This document shows positions 58,860 to 64,000 of a DNA stretch of 64,000 bases, piece by piece. Source of the stretch: Felis catus. Taxonomy: Eukaryota. Below the pieces are notes generated by a model. That model had not been told where the DNA came from. It was given only the letters and a program-made list of their open reading frames with translations, and made no database searches. The translations under genes were made by a program, and so were the position numbers. Location of the stretch: NCBI RefSeq assembly GCF_018350175.1, contig NC_058383.1, positions 10,356,001 through 10,420,000 on the forward strand, written 5' to 3'. Position 1 is the stretch's first letter; each line of letters begins with the position of its first letter.

Positions 58860-59765
58860 GAATTGTCTTGGGAGGAATTTAGAAATACTTGGCTAGCCAT
58901 GAGGATGTCTGAAGTGAGGGAAGTTGAGGAACGAAAAATAACCCCTGTGTTTCTAACTCAAGTAAATGCTGCTGGGGTGTGAGTTTGGAAAGGAGAGGAA
59001 GGTGAGCTCAGACTTGAGCTGAGTTTGCAGTGTGGCATTATGTGGAGACAGACATGTTGGAGTGAAGGATTTGGGCATCACTAGCGGATCTCAATACTTC
59101 TTAATGGTTCAGAATGAAGACTGGAAAGATTTGAAAGATACCAAATCTTGGGCCCCACCTCTAGACCAATAAAATCTCTGAGGATTCTACCTGGCACTGG
59201 GATTTCCCCATAGTTCAGAGGGGATTCTAATGTGCAGCCAGAGTGGATAACCCTCACCGTGGAGGGTGATTTAAGTCGTGGGAGGAGATGAGTGCCCCAG
59301 ATGAGGATGTGGGAAGTGAGACAGAAGAGGACCTGGGACCGAGTCTCAAGGAGCCCTGACTTTAGGGATGGAAAAGGGAGAGTAGCAAGAGATGGGAGTA
59401 GCTGAAGAGATAGGAAGAAAATCAAGAGTGCAAGTCACAGAACAGGGAAAAGGGATCCATTGACTGGAAGGTGGAAACTGCTGTCAAAGGCTGTGGCCAT
59501 GTGGGGCAAAAGGCAAGATGAATTGGATTAATCAACAAAAGGTCATTGGTGAACCAGGAGGGAGCTGTTTTATGGGTGTGACAGAGCCAACCTTGGGAAG
59601 GGATTGCAGAAGAAAGTGGGAGATGAGGGGTGGAAATGGTAAACTGTTGAAATATCTTTGTTTTGAAGTAGAGAGTTGGAAGGAGAGAATGGAGTTAAGG
59701 GAGGGTCAGAGGGGATTAGGCAGCGGGGAGACCTGACCATGTTTAATTGCTGATAAAAAGGAATC
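58860..59765 (-). mobile_element. L2 fragments
   Basis: Purine-rich antisense L2 text (..GAGGACCTGGGACCGAG..GGAAGAAAATCAAGAG..AAAGGTCATTGGTGAACC..). Confidence 0.65.
59083..59256. mobile_element. MER5B-like (hAT-Charlie) MITE
   Basis: AGCGGATCTCAA..TGGGCCCCACCTCTAGACCAAT..GGGATTCTAATGTGCAGCCAGAGTGGATAACC. Confidence 0.7.
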
Positions 59766-59885
59766 AAATGGAACCAAATAGAGTCTAGAAACAGACCCTG
59801 CCTGTATGGTCACTAGACTTATGACAAAGGGACAAATACAATTTATGTAAATTTAGATTAATAAATTTAAGATATACAACATGTT

Positions 59886-59992
59886 GGGGCACTTGGATGG
59901 CTCAGTCGGTTAAGCATCTTACTTCAGCTCTGGTCATGATCTTATGGTTTGTGGATTGAGCCCCGCATTGGGCTCTGCACTGGTAGCACGGG
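59886..59992 (+). mobile_element. 3'-truncated SINEC head (no CT tract, tail or TSD)
   Basis: GGGGCACTTGGATGGCTCAGTCGGTTAAGCATC..GAGCCCCGCATTGGGCTCTGCACTGGTAGCACGG, then L1 sequence resumes. Confidence 0.88.
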
Positions 59993-60531
59993 GTCAGTTG
60001 AATGATAAAAGAAAGATCTCTTTAATAAATGCTACTGGAACACCTGGATATATGTATGGGGGCAGGGGCAGGAAGAACCTTCATTCCTACCTCACACCAC
60101 ACACACACACAAATTAGTTCCAGATGGATCATAGACCTAAATATGAAGGCAGAAACCATAAAGAAATTATAAGGGAATTTATGATTCTGGAGCAGGCAAA
60201 TATTTGTTAATAAACATGACATAAAAGTACTGACCATAAAAGAAAAAAATATATATTGGACTTCTTAAAATTTGTAAGCTTCTGTTTATCAAAAATCATC
60301 ACTAAAGGCAAAATCAATCTATGATGATGCAAAATAGATCAGGGTTGCTGGCTGACTGGGAAAGGCATGAGGGAACTTTCTGGAATGATGGAAATGTTCT
60401 GTGTCCTGATGGGGTAGGGGTTACGTTAGTGTATGCATTTTTCCTTTTTTTTTCTTTTTTAGATGTTTTCTTTTTTTATCAAAATATATTTGACATACAA
60501 CATTGTGTGAATTTAAGATATACAACATGTT

Positions 60532-60735
60532 GGGGCACCTGGGTGGCTCAGTTAAGCATCTGACTTGATTTTGGCTCAGGTCATGATCTCCTCATTCATG
60601 GGATCGAGCCTCTCATCGGGTTCTCGGCTGACAGCACAGGACTTGCTTGTGATTCTCTCTCTCCCTCTCTTTCTGCCCCTCCTCTGCTCACACGCACACT
60701 CTCTCTTTCAAAATAAATAAATAAACTTTTAAAAA
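60532..60735 (+). mobile_element. Carnivore SINEC
   Basis: SINEC body; TSD AAGATATA(CA)ACATGTT on both flanks. Confidence 0.93.
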
Positions 60736-61789
60736 AAGATATAACATGTTGATTTGACACATTTATGTATTATAATATGATTGCCATCATATTGATAGGT
60801 AGCACCTATGTCATATCAATAATGATCATTTCTTTTGTGGTTGGAATAATTAAATATAATTAAATATAGACTTGTTAGCAAGTCTGATGATTATAATATA
60901 ATATAATTGTCTATATTTGGTATACTATGCATTAAACTTCCAGGGCCTATTACTTGCAAGTTTGTAACACATGCATTTTTCAAAACAAAGATTGAACTGT
61001 ACCTAAGATCTGTGCATTTAATTGCCTTCAAGTTATAACTTAATAAAAGAAGATAGAAAAGAAGGAAAGTGAAAAGGCAAGCCATAGACCAGAAGACAAT
61101 ATTTGCAATGTATATATATGATAAAGAACTTACATCCAAAATATATAAAGAATTCTCATAAATCAGAAAGGGAAAAAAAAAGACCCTATTTTTTAAATGG
61201 GCAAAAAAACTTGAACAGGCATTTCACAAAGCTATTCCAGTGATTCATAAACACATGGGAAGGTGCTCAACATCATTACCCAGCAAGGAAATGAAAATGA
61301 AAAACCACAATAAGACGCCCCCCCCCCCACATACATACACATCCAGAATGGCTAAAATGCAAAAAAACAATAATTTCTAGTGTTGGCAGGATGTGGAGAG
61401 ATTTTATACTTTCAGACACTGCTGAAGGAAGCCTTCTTACAGCAGGGAAGGAGAAGGGCTCAAGGTTGACAAGGAGTCACTGTGCATATGTCACTGCTGC
61501 TCTCCTAGGCCTGGGTGTCCTCAGTTTCCCACAAGACACAACTGAGCCATTGTTGTGTTGCCTGAAGCCACACAATCCCCATTTTGCTCATATCCCTCCT
61601 GTCCACTCCCTTTCTTTCCATTCCTGCCCCATTGGCCCCTGGCACCTGAGGTCACAACACACTTCCCTGGCCGTCTTTCTCAAAGCCAACAGCATAGGCA
61701 GAACAAATCCTGGTTCACAGGGCAGACAGCAGAGGCTCAGTCCCCCTCTGACAGCATGGTGGCGTTCTCTCCTGCAGCCTGGGCTTCCT

Positions 61790-61995
61790 CTCCACTAGCC
61801 CCTCTCCTCTCTCGTGGTTACTACTAGCAAACTCCTCACTGCTTCCCTAGGCTCCTGTCCCACCTCTATCCCTCTGCTATTCACCTGCAGTCTCACCAGC
61901 CCCTGCTGGCCCCCTTCGATAGCCCACTGCCTTCAGGCTACAACTTGAGCTGCTGGACTCGGCATTCAAGGCCTCTGTGGCCCACTCCATTTCTT
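61790..61995 (+). mobile_element. L2 fragment
   Basis: ..CTCCTCACTGCTTCCC..CCCACTGCCTTCAGG..GGCATTCAAGGCCTCT. Confidence 0.6.
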
Positions 61996-62864
61996 TAGCC
62001 TGTTAGATCAGATGTGAGCCTAAGGGACCTTTTGGGCATGCTGAGGCAAGGCTACAGAAGGCCCACACCACTGTCCAGAGAGAGATCTGGCAAGGCTTGG
62101 GCACAGTAAGGAGGGAAGGGAAGTTGGCTACAGGGGATGCCCCATCTGGCCCATACACGATGCACATGGCCAGCGGGAGTGGGGTGGTCCAGGCCAGCCA
62201 CTGGTAGACACAGCTGGCTTCCATGAGGAAGGAGGTGCCAGCATGAGTAGTCCTGAGCCAAGGAAGTGGGAGTTCAGCACAGACTTTTGTCCTGGTAGGG
62301 AAACTGAGTCAGAAGCTTGGACCTGTGGACCAGGCTGTGCAGTGGATGAAGGGAAAGGCGAAGCCTGGGCCACTGGGAGAAGTCAGCCAACTTGGTAAGG
62401 GGTGGGGGAGGCGTCTCAGGTCTCAGGGCTAAAGGACCTGGTTTTCCAGCTCTGAGACCAGGGTGAGGAAGCTGGTGGGGGTGAATATCATTTGCTAAGC
62501 AGCTCCGGGACAACAGGGCCTGTGTTGGGTTCTGTATCAGGGGGGTCTTGGCAGGGGGTGGGGACACCTCCAAAGAGATTAACAGAGTGGCTATAAGGAA
62601 GGGAGTGTGTGCAGAAAGGGGTGGGGGCAAGGGAACCAAGAAGGGAGGCTGAGGCCCAACACAGCAAATGTGGGGAGCTGTGATCTGCCCGGTTCAGGCC
62701 TGGAGGGGTCCCAGAAAGGAGGGTGTTCGTGGAGTGCGGACCCCCCACCCCGGAAGCCAAGACCCTAGAGGTACAACCACTGGCAAAGCTATGACCAGGC
62801 ATGAAGAGAGCCTGGGGGTAAATACCCCAACTTCTCTCTCCTCTTGCCCCCCTCCCTGAGCACC

Positions 62865-63005
62865 TCATATGCATTGCTCAGCATCATCCTTCAAGATGGA
62901 GATTTTTTGTCCATTTTATGGAAGAGGAAGATGAAGGTCAGCAGTGAGGGGACCTGCCCACAGCCACTGCACAGTTCGTAAGTGGCCAAGGCACAGACCT
63001 TAGGA
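62865..63005 (-). mobile_element. MIR fragment
   Basis: CCATTTTATGGAAGAGGAAGATGAAGGTCAGCAGTGAGGGGACCTGCCCACAGCCAC..AGTTCGTAAGTGGC. Confidence 0.65.
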
Positions 63006-63874
63006 CCTTGACCTTAGTGCTCCGGGCAAGCCTCTGAGATGCTCCTCACAGGGAGGACAGAGAAGGCAGCAGGTGGATTGTCGTCAAAGCTGGCTTCGAG
63101 AACTCAGAGCTCGTCACCAAGCCAGGTGTCTCCTTCAGGATGGTGACTTTAGCCCCCTCCCGCCTCTGAGCCGGGGCCCTCAGCCACATCTGGCCCTCCT
63201 CTGGTGGCTCCCTTCGAGGCCACGGCTGGACGCCGGCCAGTCACGTGGCCCATGCTGACAGATTGGGTGTCTCCGGTGCGCCCGCAGCTGCCGCTAAGTG
63301 GCTTCCTGGCAGGGAGTCAGGGGTCACCTCATCGCTGCTCTGCTCAGACGGCACTGGCCTCTTCGGGGGTGCCTCCCACGTCTGTCTGCTGAAATCGGGT
63401 GTGTTTAGCATCAGGTCTGAGAGGCAGCCCTACTTGGCGACTCATGGGGGAGCCCTGAGGCCCTTGGGGGCAGACACAGTGCTGGCTGGGGGGTGGGGGT
63501 GGGGCTCTGGGCCCCAGTTCAAGTGAGTTGGCGGGTCTCGCCACCCGTGTTCCCGGCGTGCCACGGGGGCGGGCTGCTCTGTGTCCTGGGTGCCCGTGTC
63601 GCATGGTCTCCTGCTGGCTGCTCGCAGTGTCCAGGCCCCTGGCTCTGGGCCTCGGCTCTGGGTAAGTCCTCCGTCTCAGAACTCTTCTTTTTCTCTTTGC
63701 CGTGTGTTCCCCTGAGCCCCTTCCCTTCTGGGACCTGGGACCAGGTGAGCCTGTGTCTGAACCACCATCCAAGGCTGTGGTCCCGGTCCCTGAGCTCCCC
63801 CTTCACCCCACCCCCCCGGCGGGGCAGGGAATGATCACAGGGGTCAGACCAGTGTGGCCCTGGGGCCAGCAAAG

Positions 63875-63940
63875 CCGAGTGAGTCTGGGCAAGTCACTTC
63901 CCTGCCTGGGGCTCAATCTTCTTTGAAAAATGGTAGAGCC
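63875..63940 (+). mobile_element. MIR core fragment
   Basis: GTGAGTCTGGGCAAGTCACTTCCCTGCCTGGGGCTCAATCTTCT..GAAAAATGG. Confidence 0.55.
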
Positions 63941-64000
63941 AGCTACGCGCTAATACATGCTTCGGGACCCCTAAGATGCGTGCACAATCACAAGGCTGGT

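Larger units (their letters stand above)
59766..61430 (+). mobile_element. Old L1 ORF2 C-terminal fragments (sense), with a nested antisense L1 3' piece at ~60440-60965
   Basis: AAATGGAACCAAATAGAGTCTAGAAACAGACCC..TTAATAAATGCTACTGGAACACCTGGATA..AAATGGGCAAAAAAACTTGAACAGGCATTTCACAAAG. Confidence 0.82.

Noticed and set aside
1..64000. Naming the host gene, locus or exact species
   Set aside because: No exon is recognised; SINE content supports Felidae but nothing finer without a database search.

Overview
This is non-coding mammalian genomic DNA from a felid (cat family). The assignment rests on about 42 tRNA-Lys-derived carnivore SINEs, five of them the young feline subfamily. I recognise no protein-coding exon, RNA gene or host gene. 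The only ORFs resembling known proteins are frameshifted LINE-1 remnants. Layout: (i) 1-7.9 kb, an old minus-strand L1 reaching its 5' end, with nested SINEs and L1 pieces; (ii) 7.9-16.4 kb, GC-rich DNA with MIR, L2 and LTR relics and one AT-rich enhancer-like island; (iii) 16.5-43.7 kb, an almost continuous ~27 kb nest of mostly minus-strand L1s with SINEs, MLT1A0, a MER21-like LTR, two MER58 elements and a 47-bp AT-rich palindromic minisatellite; (iv) 43.7-57 kb, GC/CpG-rich unique DNA with several candidate cis-regulatory elements (best at ~53.3-53.7 kb and ~56.0-56.4 kb); (v) 57-64 kb, L2/L1/MER5/MIR relics ending in a CpG-rich patch. I found no evidence for a new biological system. The items most worth follow-up are the candidate developmental enhancers and several small retrotransposition or rearrangement oddities. 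Repeat family names come from my recall of consensus sequences and need RepeatMasker/Dfam confirmation. Boundaries without a stated TSD are approximate.
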